From the NCBI GenBank assembly GCA_013239625.1, contig MU053881.1, positions 372,001-436,000 of the forward strand: DNA of 64,000 nt, written 5' to 3'. The stretch is from Lama guanicoe (taxonomy: Eukaryota). A model generated the notes under the pieces. It was not told the origin of the DNA, did not search any database, and was given only the letters and a program-made list of their open reading frames with translations. A program made the position numbers and the translations under genes. Below are positions 49,870-63,197 of this stretch, piece after piece; the stretch's first letter is position 1, and every line of letters starts with the position of its first letter.

Positions 49870-51150
49870 CTCCGGCCCCTTGCGCATCACGCCTGACGTA
49901 CAAACATGGCCGGACGCGGGGCTGGAGAGTGACCGGGAGGGCCCTCGTGCAGGCGGGCGGGAGCGGGCACGGCCTCGCACGCATGCGCACGTGGGCGGGG
50001 CTGCGCCCAGGCCTGCGCGCAGCCACTCGGTGGCAGGGGGCGGGGCGGCGGCGAGCGCGCGCCTGAGGCGGCAGCCCAGCCAGCGGGAATTTTTGTGCCC
50101 AAGATCTTGTGGGCGCATCTCCCACCCGCGTCGCGGCCCCGCGAAGTGTGCCCAGCTCGGTGGGACCGGCCCCGGCGTATGGAGAGGGCCCGCCCCCACA
50201 GCCCTGGAAGGACCTGGAGGAGACGAGCGCGCGCGGCCTGACCCGCCGTTCTCGCTGAGGGGCCCATGGGCGCGTCCCCGCGGCCGAGCCACCGACGTGA
50301 GAGCGCCGAGCCCCGCGGCCGCGGCGCCGAGGACGGCCGTGCTCGAGCCCAAAACCCGCCTCTCGGCGCCGGCCCGGCAGCCCGGTCCGCGAGCGGCGGC
50401 GGCGGCTGCCGGAGGGACGATGCGAGCTTTGGCGCGGGCGGGCCCGGCCCGGCTCGCCGCGCTCGCGCTGCTGACCTGCAGCCTGTGGCCGGCGCGGGCG
50501 GACAACGCGAGCCAGGAGTACTACACGGCGCTCATTAACGTGACGGTGCAGGAGCCCGGCCGCGGCGCCCCGCTCACGTTCCGCATCGACCGCGGGCGCT
50601 ACGGGCTCGACTCGCCCAAGGCCGAGGTCCGCGGTCAGGTGCTGGCACCGCTGCCCATCCACGGAGGTGAGTGCCCGGAGGGGCGGGGAGGGCGAGGCCG
50701 CGGCGGCGGCGGGGCGGAGGTCCCCGGGCCCGGGAGCCTCAGCCTGGGGTGCGGGGGCGGCGGTCCCCCGCTGGTCGGCCCGCTCCGCGCCGCTCGGCCG
50801 CGGCCCCAGCTGGGGTCCAGCGCCCCGCCGGGAGCTCCCCAGCCGGCCCGCTGCCGAACGAGGCCCCCGACGCGCCCCTGGGTCCTGCCTGTCTTTTCGG
50901 AAAGTCTCGGAACGCTCCTTTCGGTCTCGGCAGCTTGTTTACGGGAAGGCGCCGAGCTGCGAGTGTGCAGGGGCGGCTCAGACAAAGGAGGTGGCGGGGA
51001 GCGCAGAACCGGCCCACGACGGATGAGGTCGTAACCTGCGTTCGGAACCCGCAGGCTAGTTGCCGAGATCCCAGACCTAACGCGGCGTTGACTCTCGGAT
51101 GGGGAGGCCGTTTTCTAATGTGGAAACGCGCCGTTTTTCCTCAGTGGCTA
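49870..51150. promoter_or_regulatory. CpG island / RNF130 promoter
   Basis: Very high GC and CpG density. TGACG half-CRE at 49894, YY1-like AACATGGC ~49903, NRF1-like ACGCATGCGC 49979-49988, E-box CACGTG 49988, GC boxes 49992 and 50037. No TATA box seen. Confidence 0.9.
50420..50666 (+). CDS. RNF130: RNF130 (Goliath) E3 ubiquitin ligase exon 1: signal peptide and start of luminal region; rest of gene is beyond the window
   Basis: [82 protein letters not shown]; 247 nt ending at phase-1 donor G|gtgagt; N-glycosylation sequons NAS and NVT. Confidence 0.95.
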
Positions 51151-54100
51151 GTGGACGGGGGTGGGAGAGGAAAACGGGCATCTTCCCTGCTGCTTTTGGC
51201 TCCTGTTCTGCCCCAGTCGCTTTACCGTAATTTGACGCCTGAAAATCTCACGCTGTGAAGAATCCGATACCAGTTGGAACCTGTAGCCAAGTCTTCAGGT
51301 CAGCGGAGTCTACCGAAGGGAAAATTGGTAAAATTTTCAAGAGTTGTGTTTGAAGCCGTTTGATTTATCCACATGTCTTCCTATAAAGGCAGGCTCTGTT
51401 TAACTATTTGGTGTAAGACATGTATTTGTATGGATTTCTGGTCATATTTTAAAGGAAACTTTTCCCACCCTGGAGGATGATTTTGTTTGTTAGCCCACTG
51501 CGAACTTTTTGGGAAATATCTACCGACTTCTCCACCCCCACTCACCCTAAGAATGCTGAGAGAGGATTTTTTTTAAAACTACTATTCGTATTAAGATGAC
51601 CTAAACTAGGCAACCTAAATAAGGCAACGGTGTTTGTTTTTATGCTCTAAAATATTGAAACATCATGCCCCTTCTGAGATCTGCATTGGAATGCTCAAGT
51701 GCTCAGCTGTTTTCTTCTTTAGGGCATTCTAGCTGAGGAAGAAGAATCAGATAAGGCTTTCAGGGCAGCCTGTCCCCAGTTTACACCGGGCTTTTAAAAG
51801 TTCATTTTTATACCAGTAATCAGGTGCTTAGGGTACATTTCTCACCTCTACTTTGTTAAAAACGGCAGTTTGGGTCTCAACTTCCCCACAGAAATAACTT
51901 TGGCCTCTGGTTCATTCAGTAAATATTTGCCTGTTCTGTGCCAGTCACTGTGGTTGGGACACATAATGTTGCCAAACTAAGGCACTGACAATGGTAGTCT
52001 ATTTTCTGGTGCGGAGATCTGTGAGGGTCACATGAAAGAGGAGGAAGAGGAAGAGAGAGAGGCAAGCTGTTCTGGAGCAAGAGCTGGCCCTGTGCAGTAT
52101 TTTGAAATCTGTGGTTTGTCTTTGGGGCTTGGTTTCCCTAGGCACCCCAAGTCCACCACCCTCACTTTAGGTACTTCCCTCCCAAGTGGTCCATGTTCTG
52201 AAACTACTTGTTGCTTTGCCTGTCACTCCAAACAAAAGCCCCATCTGTCAGAGAACTTGTTTTAGGTGTTTGGATAAAAGGGTGTGGGAACTATGACGTG
52301 TGGGTGAAGGTTAGTTCTATTCCCCTGTCAGTGGCGAGGTAGCATTAAAGAATTGATTAAAGGTTCTGGTCATAAACTGACACTAGGAAAGTAATTCGGC
52401 CTCTTAGTTTCATCTGCAGGATGGAGGGATGAAATGTTTATCCCATAAGGTTGCTGAGAGGCTTAAATGGTTCCTGCATTCTTAAAAGAGGAGACTTGTT
52501 AACCTGCGTGAATCTCTAAATTGGTGGCGTTTTAGACATGGCATCAAGTGTGGACACACTGGGGCGGTGTGTGGGGACTGAGTCTGTGGTCCGTTCCCCG
52601 AGCACCTGTCTTCTCTTCCTCTCCTCTGTTCTCTCGGAACTCATTTTATATCTGCACAAACATGAGATTGCCCCAGATTTTCTCATGGTGTTGGTGGTGG
52701 GATCCTACAGGTGGTCCGGGTCTGTTTTTGTGCTGAGGGGTCTGCACACATAGGTTCTTTCAGTCCAGCAAATACTAATTGAAAACCTCCTGCGTACCAG
52801 CCACCATCCAAGGCACTGAGGAAGAGGGAGGGGCTCCAGCAGTGAACAAAACAGATAAAAATCTCTTCTCTTCCTGAAGCTCACATTCTAGTGGGGTTTT
52901 TTTTTTTTAGTCAGTTTTACCTGAAAATTGTTTCTCAACCTATGAATTAACATGAAATCCAAGACTTTTTTTTTTGCTTTTGTAGCAGGAACTTAGGGAA
53001 GTATTTTAAAAGCAATGGTGGTAGAAATCTGCTAAAATCTTTCATGTTTAAGAAAATGGCTATGTCAGTTATACCTCAATAAAAAAAGAAAGTGACTTAA
53101 AACTGGAATATTTAGGTATTTCACCCTATATATTCTTGATTTAGTCAGTCTTAAATGTTTGTATTTTTAGAAAGAATAATGCATTCCTCATGACTTTTGT
53201 GCTCTTATAATTTTAAATAGAAGGGAATTCTTAACATGTTTATTGAAAATTTCCTGTGTATTGAAACTAAATAAAGTGATGTTCAAATTAACCAAAAAAA
53301 AGTTATGAGACAGAATTCTTGACAAAAAAAAACAGCTATGGTCAGTAGGTGGGAAATTAATGAAAATTCATTTTGAGGACAAGTGTTTGGTAGAAATGAA
53401 TGTAAAGACAAAATTGCAGTTTTCCTAGAGCTTAACATGATGACTCATTTTAAATCCATGACTTGGTTTGTGAGAGTGAAAACCTTTCTTGTTATTTTGC
53501 ATTGTTACTATCAATTAGGCATGTATGAATCACTGAGCAAGATTTATTTGTCCTATACCTTTAAAGGATAAATTAGCAATATTTTCCTTAGATGCCGTGG
53601 TATTTTAAAAGTACGTTTTAGAAAGTGTTAAACTTTATAAAATATTTCATGAACAAGTGTTAATATTTTGAAAATATATTCTTTGTCATTAAATAGAATG
53701 CATGTGTAAATTGAGATTTGTTTGGTGGTAACAAATTTCATATTTTAACTGACAATTCATTTTTAGAATGGGCTTTTGAAGGAACATGCATTTATGCACA
53801 GATCAGGGTTGCTTTCTTATTACTAGCTTACTCAAAGGATGAGCTTAGATCTGGAAACAAAAGTAAGCTGGTTAGTATTTATTGTGGAGCAGACATTGTA
53901 AATGTGCTCTATGTGTGTGCACACTGACTTTTTGTTTGAGCCTAGGGTGGGGGTTGGGAGAGGAGAAGGCCACGTGTTGATGATGTCATTTTGTATGCAG
54001 ATGTGCTGGTGGGAAGAATTTGGTAACAGCCATTTTTTTGCTTTGCGTAGAAATTTTCAGGATTGGATATTTACAGCCTTGGAGAACAACTTAACCAATT

Positions 54101-55262
54101 AATAAACTTTTTTTGGCCATCTTGCTGACTGTAGAGATGCAATAACATTTTTTTTAAGTCTTAGGTTTTTATGTTTAAAGAAGTGATTCTATCAGATGAA
54201 TCCAATTATAAACCTGAACTTGGTTTTTTTTTAATTCTGATTAAGAGTGAAGGCAATTGATGTGGAAACAAGACCTTGGATGAAAGGGGCCATGTAATGT
54301 TAGATATCATGGTGGTGAAGACGGGGCTACTGGATATAATTAGAGGTTTCAGAATATTGAGAGAAAAAGTAGATGTGATCCTGGAAGCAGAGAGTCTGAA
54401 AGGAAAAAGAATTCAGAAGGAGCTGGAGGCTCTAAAAACCAAATTTTGACATAAATTAGATAACCAAGCAAGAAGGCAAAGGAGATATATACAATAAATT
54501 ATGTTTGTATTGAATTTTGACCGTTTAGAATATAACAATTTAGAAAATGTTTTTGCATACTGTATTTTCCTTTGCTTTTAGACGTCCATTAGCATATAAA
54601 TACTTGAATGTATTTTTTTAAACGTTTGATCTCCCTACCAAATCCTCATCCTGCTGTCATCCTATTTCTCTGTTTCTCTTTATGGCAAAGTGTTGGCTGC
54701 ACTCAGCTGCCTTCAGTTTTTCCTCCTGCTGTTCTTCACATGGTGAGGGTCTTTGCTGTGCCAGTGATTTTGATAAAGGCACGGCATATTTAACTGCAAT
54801 ATTGGACTACAGGATCCTTAGGATCTCAATGTGAGGAATGGTGGGCAGCAGCAACCTAAAAAGTTAATAGGAGTGAATATGTAGTATTGAATTTGGGTGA
54901 AAAAAAATCAGCTGCCATGAAGGGGGTTGAGGGGGGATAAGGCTTAGAGCTGCATGTCACAGGACAGAGCCTGACCGGCTCAGTCTAATCTTGCGTGCGT
55001 TTGAGCGTCTGGATCCTTGACAGCACTTGTCCCACTTCACGGAAGTCACGCGCACACACGCACCTTTCGTTCACGTTTAATTCTGAATATGAGTTTTAAG
55101 AGATGAGCAAACTGCAGTGCATTGTCTTGAATATTATAAAAGAGAAATCCTTCCTTTGAAGGAACATTAGATGGCTTCTAAGATCCCTGCATCTGAACAA
55201 GGTGTGACTATAAAGTCGTAAGACAGATCTTTTTAAACAAACCTCTAGAATATAACCATTAA

Positions 55263-55450
55263 TGTGACTGACAAGGGTTTAACTTCCAGAATACAGAAAC
55301 AGCTTGTGCAGCTCAATAACAAAAAAGGAACACTCAATCAAAAACTGGGCAGAAGACCTAAATAGACATTTCTTCCGTGAAGACATACAGATGGCCAACA
55401 GGCACATGTAAAGATGCTCGGTATTGCTAATTATCAGAGAAATGCAAATC
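55263..55450 (+). mobile_element. Short internal L1 ORF2 fragment
   Basis: tgggcagaagacctaaatagacattt...gaagacatacagatggccaacaggcacatg...agagaaatgcaaatc. Confidence 0.85.
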
Positions 55451-56216
55451 AGAATTACCCATTAAGAAGACTGTTCTTTTCACATCAGTCACATGGGTAT
55501 GTGTGTGTGTATATATATATACACACATATTGTGCAACAATGAAATCATAAATTTAAACACTTAAAATTTGTTTTGTGAGATTATCTTTTTGATTGAACA
55601 ATTTAAAAATATGTGCAGTGTAAACTGACTATAGCTCAATTTAAAAAATAATTTTTTAAATGTGCCATGTATCAAATCTTTGTCTTTTCTAAATAGATTT
55701 GAATTTTGACAATTGAAATTTTTTTTTGAGGCAGTATTCTTTTTTTAAGTGCTTGTGAACTTCCTTTGTGGATAATGCTCAAAGAAGTCCAGTAGTGTTT
55801 TGGGCCACATCCACATTAGGAGGATGCGTGGATAGTCTTCAGAGCTAGTTCTTTTAAGTATAGCAGTCTTGACTTATTTACAAAATGAAACTCTTTTTCA
55901 AGATCATCAACGTTTGTTTTATCATCCTTAGAGTAATTTTACGCACTAGACAGTCATTATTTCCCATAAATCGGACTAAGTATGGCTTTCTTGACTGTTG
56001 GAGGCAATTTTGAATAAAATAAAGGGGACCCTTCAAATGTCGAATGAAATAAGTTAAAAAGTCCGTAATAAGCACCTACTTTGTGCTTGTGTTATGTACG
56101 TTCTGTTGTGCATGTGAAAGAGTTGGTATGTAATTCCTACCTGAGAGAACTTGGTCTTGTTGAAGAGCTCAGCCTTGTCTGGATGGCACAAATAAGACAC
56201 ACCGTAGAAGATAGTT

Positions 56217-56404
56217 CAGGCTGTCTGCAGGCTCCAGCCAGGGGGCCAGCCACCCGTTACTGTAAACAGAGTTCATTGCAACACAGCCATGCCCATTCAT
56301 TCCCATGTCTGTGGCTACTTTCAAGCTACACCGACAGAGTTGAGCGATTATTACAGAAGCCTTCTAAGCCTAAGCTCCTTTAAGAAAACTTTTGACAACC
56401 CCTG
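56217..56404. mobile_element. MER58A-like hAT-Charlie element
   Basis: aacacagccatgcccattcattc...cagagttgag...tttgacaacccctg. Confidence 0.75.
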
Positions 56405-56819
56405 CTCTAAAGTTTCATTTATTACCTTAGTTTTTCCCATGAAAACTACATTATGGATTTATGGGTGAGAATTTAATTCCGAAGTTGTCCCAAACTCTGA
56501 GCTCCTGGAAATTAGGGACAATGTCTTCTTTGTTTCAGCCAAACACCTAGGACTGCCTGGCACTAGCAGGCCACTGTAATATGTGATTTAATCCTGTGGT
56601 GCTTAGTCTGGTAGTGAAACTGCTGGCAGGCGTCGTTGGAAGCTGTATGGTAGGATAGAGGATGGTGGGGTGTCGGTGGACAGAATGTACTATAGGACCT
56701 CTGTTATTACGCTCAATCATAAGTGGTACAGAGACCAGAGAAATGAAAAGTTACTTGGACTTGGAGTCTAGAGAGGTTCATTGAAAACGTGGAAGTTGAA
56801 GTCAAGCTTGATTAGTTTT

Positions 56820-57730
56820 ATTTCCAGCCATAATGGAGTAACAGACAGCAGCTTTACCTTCTTACCTCAAGTGCCTGAAAAACCTGACAGTTATGAAACA
56901 GCAACTTTAGAAATCAGCCAAAAAACAGCACAGGACAGTGTTCCCTGAGAGAAAGGGAGCAACAGGAGCTCTGTGACTGCCTCGGCTTACCACCTGGAGA
57001 GCTGCTGTGGCAGCACAGGGAGGGGGAATCCAGAAAGAGTCTTCTAGTCTCCCTGAAGCTGATGAGACAGAGTTCAGAGCTCAAGGAGGCCAGCGCAGCT
57101 GAATGGGCTTGAATGTGTGAGGAGGTAACATCGGAGAGGAGGGAACTGCACAGAGAGCTGCAAGGGGTCCCCTCAGGCCTTTGGTTCGAGTACTGATCTG
57201 CACATTTGGCGAAGAACTGTCAGAAATTAGCAGGTGGAAGAATTCTTGGAGTTCACACAAAGCTGAGAATGGTTCATATTCTCACTAATCAGAGTAGAAA
57301 GACCTAATGCGCAGGACGTGAAGCGAGGCCAAGTTAGCCCTGGAGGAAAACCTGTTCTGGACCCATCTACCAAAGCTTAGCAGCAAACCTGAAAAGGGTC
57401 GGATTGATGCCAAGTAACTGGTCCTGAAAAAACCCCCAACAGTCTTTGAAGGAATACAACAAAATCTAGCTCCCAGAGCATGAAACCCAAGACTAACATT
57501 CAATCAAAAATTACCAGGCAAGCTAAGAAACAAAAAAATATGACCCATAACCAGACAGAAGACATCGGTAGAAGCAGGCCTGGAGGTGGGGCAAATGATG
57601 GAATTGCAGGTAAGGATGTTAAAAACATATTAGAAATATACTCAGTTTGTTCAAGGAACATAAACACATTAAGGAGAGAAATGGATCTGAAGAAGACCCA
57701 CATCAAACTTCTAGCAATAAACTCAAACCT
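56820..57730 (+). mobile_element. Old L1 5' region / ORF1 start remnant
   Basis: caatcaaaaattaccaggcaagctaagaaacaaaaaaatatgacccataacc is typical of old L1M 5' ends. Confidence 0.55.
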
Positions 57731-59755
57731 GAAGGAGTGTAGGATTTGTATCGACAGAGGAAAGAGGAGAAGAGGACACTTGAAGGACGTTTCCTGCTGT
57801 GGAGCTCTTTGTTCATCCCCAGCAGTGATGTAGTTAACACGTAATTGGGTACATACTGTGTACCAAGAGTGATGCCAAGTACGGGGCATGGATTATCATG
57901 TAACCCTCGTAGCAGCTCCAGGTGGTACTCTATCCTCGTTTAAGGCACTCCAGTCTCTCACTTGGTGCTTCTTTTCTTTATAGCACCACACATGATTGAA
58001 AGTTATGTATCTAATTTTGTTTGTTTCTGCAGGCAAAGATGCTTCTCTGTGTCCACTCTTGTATATTCAGTGCTTAGTGTGGAACCTGAAACATAGGAGG
58101 GTGGCGCTGGGTAACTAGTGTAGGACGAATTAAAGAAAGTGAGGTGACCCACAAGCTGTGAGCCCATGGGGATTCAGTGCATCTGGGGCTTGATGTAGGT
58201 CTGTGGCTGCAGAGTCAGACTTCAACCACTTCTTTGTACTGCTTCCCATGTGGGTTTAATGAATTCTGATCTATCCACCCAGTGGGATGTTACACAGCCA
58301 TTAAAGGGGGTCGTTGTGATTCTGTCCTACGGAAGTAAATACATAGTGATCAAACTGTGACTGTGTTAAATACGCTTACAGTGGGTAGGGACTCCAAGTA
58401 GTATGCAGGAGTAAAAACAATCGTGTTATGTTGATTGGATCGTGGGTGACGTTTCTCATTTTCTTTTCTTTCTTTTTTTTTTTCAATTGTTCATTTTTAA
58501 TATGAAACTTTCTTCATAGGGGAAAAGTCATACTCTCTAAAGGGTATGTTCTCTACCCTCATACTCTGAAGGGTAAAGTAAGTCTCTGCAAGTTGATTTT
58601 TTTTTTAAGTTTATTTCCTAGCGTCAAGAAGAATGGAATGAATGCCAAGCAGTGGTTAGGATAAGTAGAAAACTGGAAGATACTAGGAATATACTGAAAA
58701 GGCATGTTTTCCCCCAGTACGAACAGAGGACTCTAAGACCAAGAATACTTGGTCCAAATGTGAAACGAGTGGAAACGTGGTGTGGTTTTGAGCAGCTAGT
58801 GGACGCTAGAGTGGGAAATGGAGTCCTGACTTGGCTTTTCTATAATATTTTTATGATGATGATACTGATGCTTGTATTGCTTTTGCTGGTTTTCACTGTT
58901 TGAAATCAATCCATAGTTAAAGCATGAAAACTTAATCACGGGTAGCCCTGGCTTTTCCAAAGTTCCCTTTTGCCACTTTGCTTTTATAAAACACCTACAT
59001 TACTACCTATTTTTGCTAGCCGGAGGAAGTCTGAAGAGGATTTTTGCTTTTATGAAGAAAGGCAGGAAGCAAAAATAGCGTTCAGTGTTTGTTTTGTAGC
59101 CAGACGAGCTGGCATAGAGGCAGCGGCACCCAGAGCCATGAGTGCAGCCCCACCAAGCTCCTTCCCCAGGAACGACACTCACAGCTCAGCATTGAACTGC
59201 CGTGGCCGTGAACCTTGTCTGTGAGCATCTGTGTGCTATCTCGATTTATTTTGTGCATCCTTCAGGAGAATGTGGCCTAAGGTAATGGCTTCTTTCCTTT
59301 TCACTGTTTTGGTTTACAGGAGGTTTCACAGGAACACTCTACTTTTGTGTAGCAGGGAAACCTGTATAGTTGCAGAACAGCAAGGAAATGTTATCAACCT
59401 TAAGATTATATAATTAAAAATAGATGACAAAGCTGGAGAAATGGAAGAGAGAAAAGAGATGTTAGGGACAGGTGAGGGCTGGTATCTTTGTCTCATCTCA
59501 CAGGTGAAGATTCAACAGATAGTCTGTAATTGCAGAAATTAGAAAAGTTTAACCACAGTGGAAAGTAAATCAGGAGAGAGGAAAGATGGAGATGTGTAAG
59601 TGAGCAGAATCCTTATTTGTGACATCATAAATTCACAGGGAATGGCTAAAGTTGAAAAGCCAGGAAATGATGGCTTTAAGCCTTTTTGGAACTGGTGGAA
59701 GGTGACCACTGGAAGAACTGTAAAACAGATCGTTGAAAGTGAATGCTTCTTCACA

Positions 59756-60145
59756 GCTACAGAAACAATAAAAAGAGCGTAGTTGCCAGGGGCTTGGGGA
59801 GAGGGAGGGAAGGAGGGGTGAGTAGATGGAGCACAATGGATTTTTAGAGCAAATGAAATTATTCTGTATGATACTGTAGTGGCGGCTACATGTCATTGTG
59901 CATTTGTCAAAACTCATAGAATATACAACATCAAGAGTGAACCCTAATGTAAACTAATGATAATAATGTGCCCATGTTGGTTCATCGATTGTGCAAAATA
60001 TGCCGCACTGATGAGGGATGTTGAGGGTAGGGGAGTATATGTGAGTGGGTAGAGAGGGATGTGTGTGAGCTCTGTATTTTCTGCTCAGTTCTGCTGTGAA
60101 CTTGAAACTGCTCTAAAAAATAGTCTTTTAATAGAACTAAAATAA
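59756..60145 (+). mobile_element. L1MC1-like 3'UTR fragment
   Basis: gagtgaaccctaatgtaaact...gctgtgaacttgaaactgctctaaaaaat plus A-rich tail. Confidence 0.8.
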
Positions 60146-62139
60146 AATAAAAGTGGTTACCTCTGGGGACTAGGTGCGATGGGGTCAATGGGGTAGGTGC
60201 ACTTCACTGTATCCATTGGATGCATTTGTCTTTTTTTATGCATGTGTACAGCATGTTTCCCACTCTTTCTCCTGTGTGCCCTGCAAGTGAATTCTGCTTC
60301 CTACTCTTTTCCTTTGAAAAGCTCACTATTTTCCCAACATCTGGATTCACCTCCAGCCCCAGTGACATGCTGTGGAACATAGGATTCTGTAGAAATGAAG
60401 CACGCTCTCAGGAAGTCTCCTCCTTGGTGAGCACTGACAGACTGGCGTCAGGAAATGCTACCATCGGGTTAACTGATTGTATTTCATAAACAGATCTAAG
60501 CCCACGGACCCTAAAATAATTTATTATAGTAGCTACTGCATTGCCTGGCTCAGAGTGTTTCCTGCTCTCTGGCAGTTACCTCCCTCCCCAGCCCACTGTG
60601 GTAAACCCTCACTCGGCAGTAACTGAATTGAGCATCGTGTGATCCTGTCCCTTGGCTCCCGTGGATAGGGTGTGCTCTTTCGGCCCCCTCCTGGCTTCTT
60701 ACTTCTCTCCTTCTTTGATGGAGATTTCATGGTTCTTCGTGATAATCATCCCTTTTCCCCTCTATCCTGTGTCACACTCCCTGGCAGAATCTCAGTCCTG
60801 GATGAGCCATACCGTTCATCTTCTCCGTGCTTCCTAGCACCAAGCAGCTCAGCGTCGCTGGAGCAAAGTCTTAGAACCCAGCTGACTGAGGTTTGAGACC
60901 AGAAAACTTAAGCAAAAATAAACAGGCACTTAACCATATTCATTAATCCAAAACTATTTTCTTGTAAAGAAATAAGAGAACTCTCTGGGACAACAATGTT
61001 TTCCCCCTTCACGTGCCTCCTGTTACCGCTTGCTGTATCTTTACCTTTAGCCTAGTCTCCTCTGCGCTCTGGATTCGTATATTCACCTGCCTGCTTGATA
61101 CCTAAGACACCAAGGACATCTCCAGATTGATATGCCTCAGATGGAGCTTTTGATATTTTTTTGGCTTCCAGTCTCCTACCACTGCTCCCCAGTCTTCCCC
61201 ATCTCTTGTTGTTGAAACAGATTTGTAAATCATCCTTGTGGCTTTTCCTCACTTTCCACTTCTGATCTGTCCTCCACAGTTTACCTTCAGGATGCATCAT
61301 ATCTATCTGTTGTTCACCATTTTCACTCCTGGCATCTTAATACCGGCAACTGCTGTCTCTTACTTTTCTGCTGCTTCTCTTAACTTCCTTCAGTTTTCTC
61401 TCCCCAGTAGTGACGATAATCTTGAAACTCCACCGAGTCAGGTCACTCCGTGATTAAACCCCTTCTGCAGCTTCTTACCATCCTTAGAATGGAAGTCTGG
61501 GCTCCGTACTGTGGTGGTCAAGGCACCTGCTGCTTGGTCTGGCTCCAGCCTCTCCCTCCGTCAGGCCATTCATCTCAGCCTTGCTCACCGGGCTGAAGCT
61601 ATTCTGATACTCTTTGGTTCCTGGGGCTTCTGAGTTTTCTTTAGTGCATACTCTCTAGTTGGCGCCCCACCCACTTCTGCCTCCTACCCTCCCACACAGT
61701 GTTTGCTGTATTAATAGAGCTTTACGGGGTTTTGGCTCTGTATATTGGCCAGTTAAAACGGCAAATGGAAACAAGGGAATTACAGACAAGGAGAAGAGAA
61801 GGAGACAAGCGAATTACAAAGTCTCAGAGCGTAATGGGCATCAGTGATCAAGTCCAGCCGCCCATCCAGGCCCCGGCGTTCCTGTCCAATGGTTACACAG
61901 CTCAGGCTGGAGCAAATGAGGGGCAGAAATCTACCGCATTCATCTCTGGAAAACAGAATGTCTTTCTTCCATTCAGAGAAAAAAGGATTCTTGAAATATT
62001 TGTGGGTGATAGTCAGTTTCCTTGTCTGACTCGAGCCCTGTATCCCTTAGGCTTCATGCCCCTTATTTCTGATAGTCATTCTTAAGAATGTGGTAGAATA
62101 TGGTATTGTAAACCACAGAATGCAGTGTTCTGCTTAAAG

Positions 62140-62598
62140 GATGGAGTGAATAGAATAGTGTCCCACAAATTCATGTCCACCTAGAACCTCAGAATGTGAC
62201 CTGTTTGGAAATAGACCTTTGCAGGTGTAAGTAGTTAAGGATCAAGCTAAGATCGTACTAGTTTAGGGTGTGCCCTAAATCCAATGACTGCATCCTTATA
62301 AGGAGGAGAGAGGATGTGGAGAGGCGCACAGAGGAAAAGGCCACGGGAAGCTGGGGGTAGACAAGAGATTGGATTATGCGGCCACGGCCAGGTATTCCCA
62401 AGGATTGCTGGCAACCACCAGAGAAGCTAGGGGAGAGGCATCAGGCGGTTCTCCCTCGGTGCCTCCGGAAGGAGCCAGCTGTGCTGGCACCTTGATTTCA
62501 ACTTCTGGCCTCCTGAACTGTGAGACAGTAAATTTACGTTGTTTTAAACCTTAAGGTTTGTGGTCATTTGTTATGGCAGCCCTAAGAAATGAGTACAA
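62140..62598 (+). mobile_element. MaLR solo LTR (MLT1B/C-like)
   Basis: gaatagtgtccc...agaacctcagaatgtgacc...ttgttatggcagccctaagaaa. Confidence 0.85.
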
Positions 62599-63197
62599 AG
62601 AGAAAACCAAAATTGAACAGTATTGCAGTTTGGTTTCACCAATGCAAAGGAGAGTGGAACTGCCTTTTTTCCATCTCGCTGGACACCTGCCTAGAGTCAT
62701 GTAGATTATCCTGGTAGCCCTGATCACTGACTCATACTGACATTACTGCTGATTGAACCTTCTGAATCTTCATAGAGGCTGCCCCAAGCCAAGTGATTTT
62801 ATCTTTACTGATTGCAGTCTGTTCATTCAGCCTTTCAGAATACTTTTTGGACCTTGATTTGTCATCCAGTCTTCACTCTTTCTAGCAGCTTTGTGTCACC
62901 TGTGAATGTAATGAGCATACTTTCTGTGTCTTCATCTAAGTCAGTGGTTCTTAACCTGCTGGGGTTGTGGATTCCTGTTAAGACTTTAATGTAAGCTGTG
63001 GGCCTTTCTGCTGAAAAAATACATATTTATGTAGATATACAAAGTTTTCAGTAAGGTTTAGGAGGTTCTAATACCTCTTGAATCCTCAAGTGATTCATGG
63101 AACCAAAGTGAGGAATCCCTGCTCTAAGTTATTGATGAAAGTATTGAAGAGTGTGAATGAACAGACCTTTGTAGTATGTTGCTAAAAACCTAAGATG

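Noticed and set aside
49880..51034. 384-aa + ORF (and 303/239-aa minus ORFs) across the CpG island
   Set aside because: Starts at a non-ATG codon and runs through the exon 1 donor. Stop codons are rare in very GC-rich DNA; only 50420-50666 matches RNF130.
54180..54245. Box C/D snoRNA-like segment (gatgaa...ctga with short terminal stem)
   Set aside because: No proper RTGATGA box C and no recognisable guide sequence
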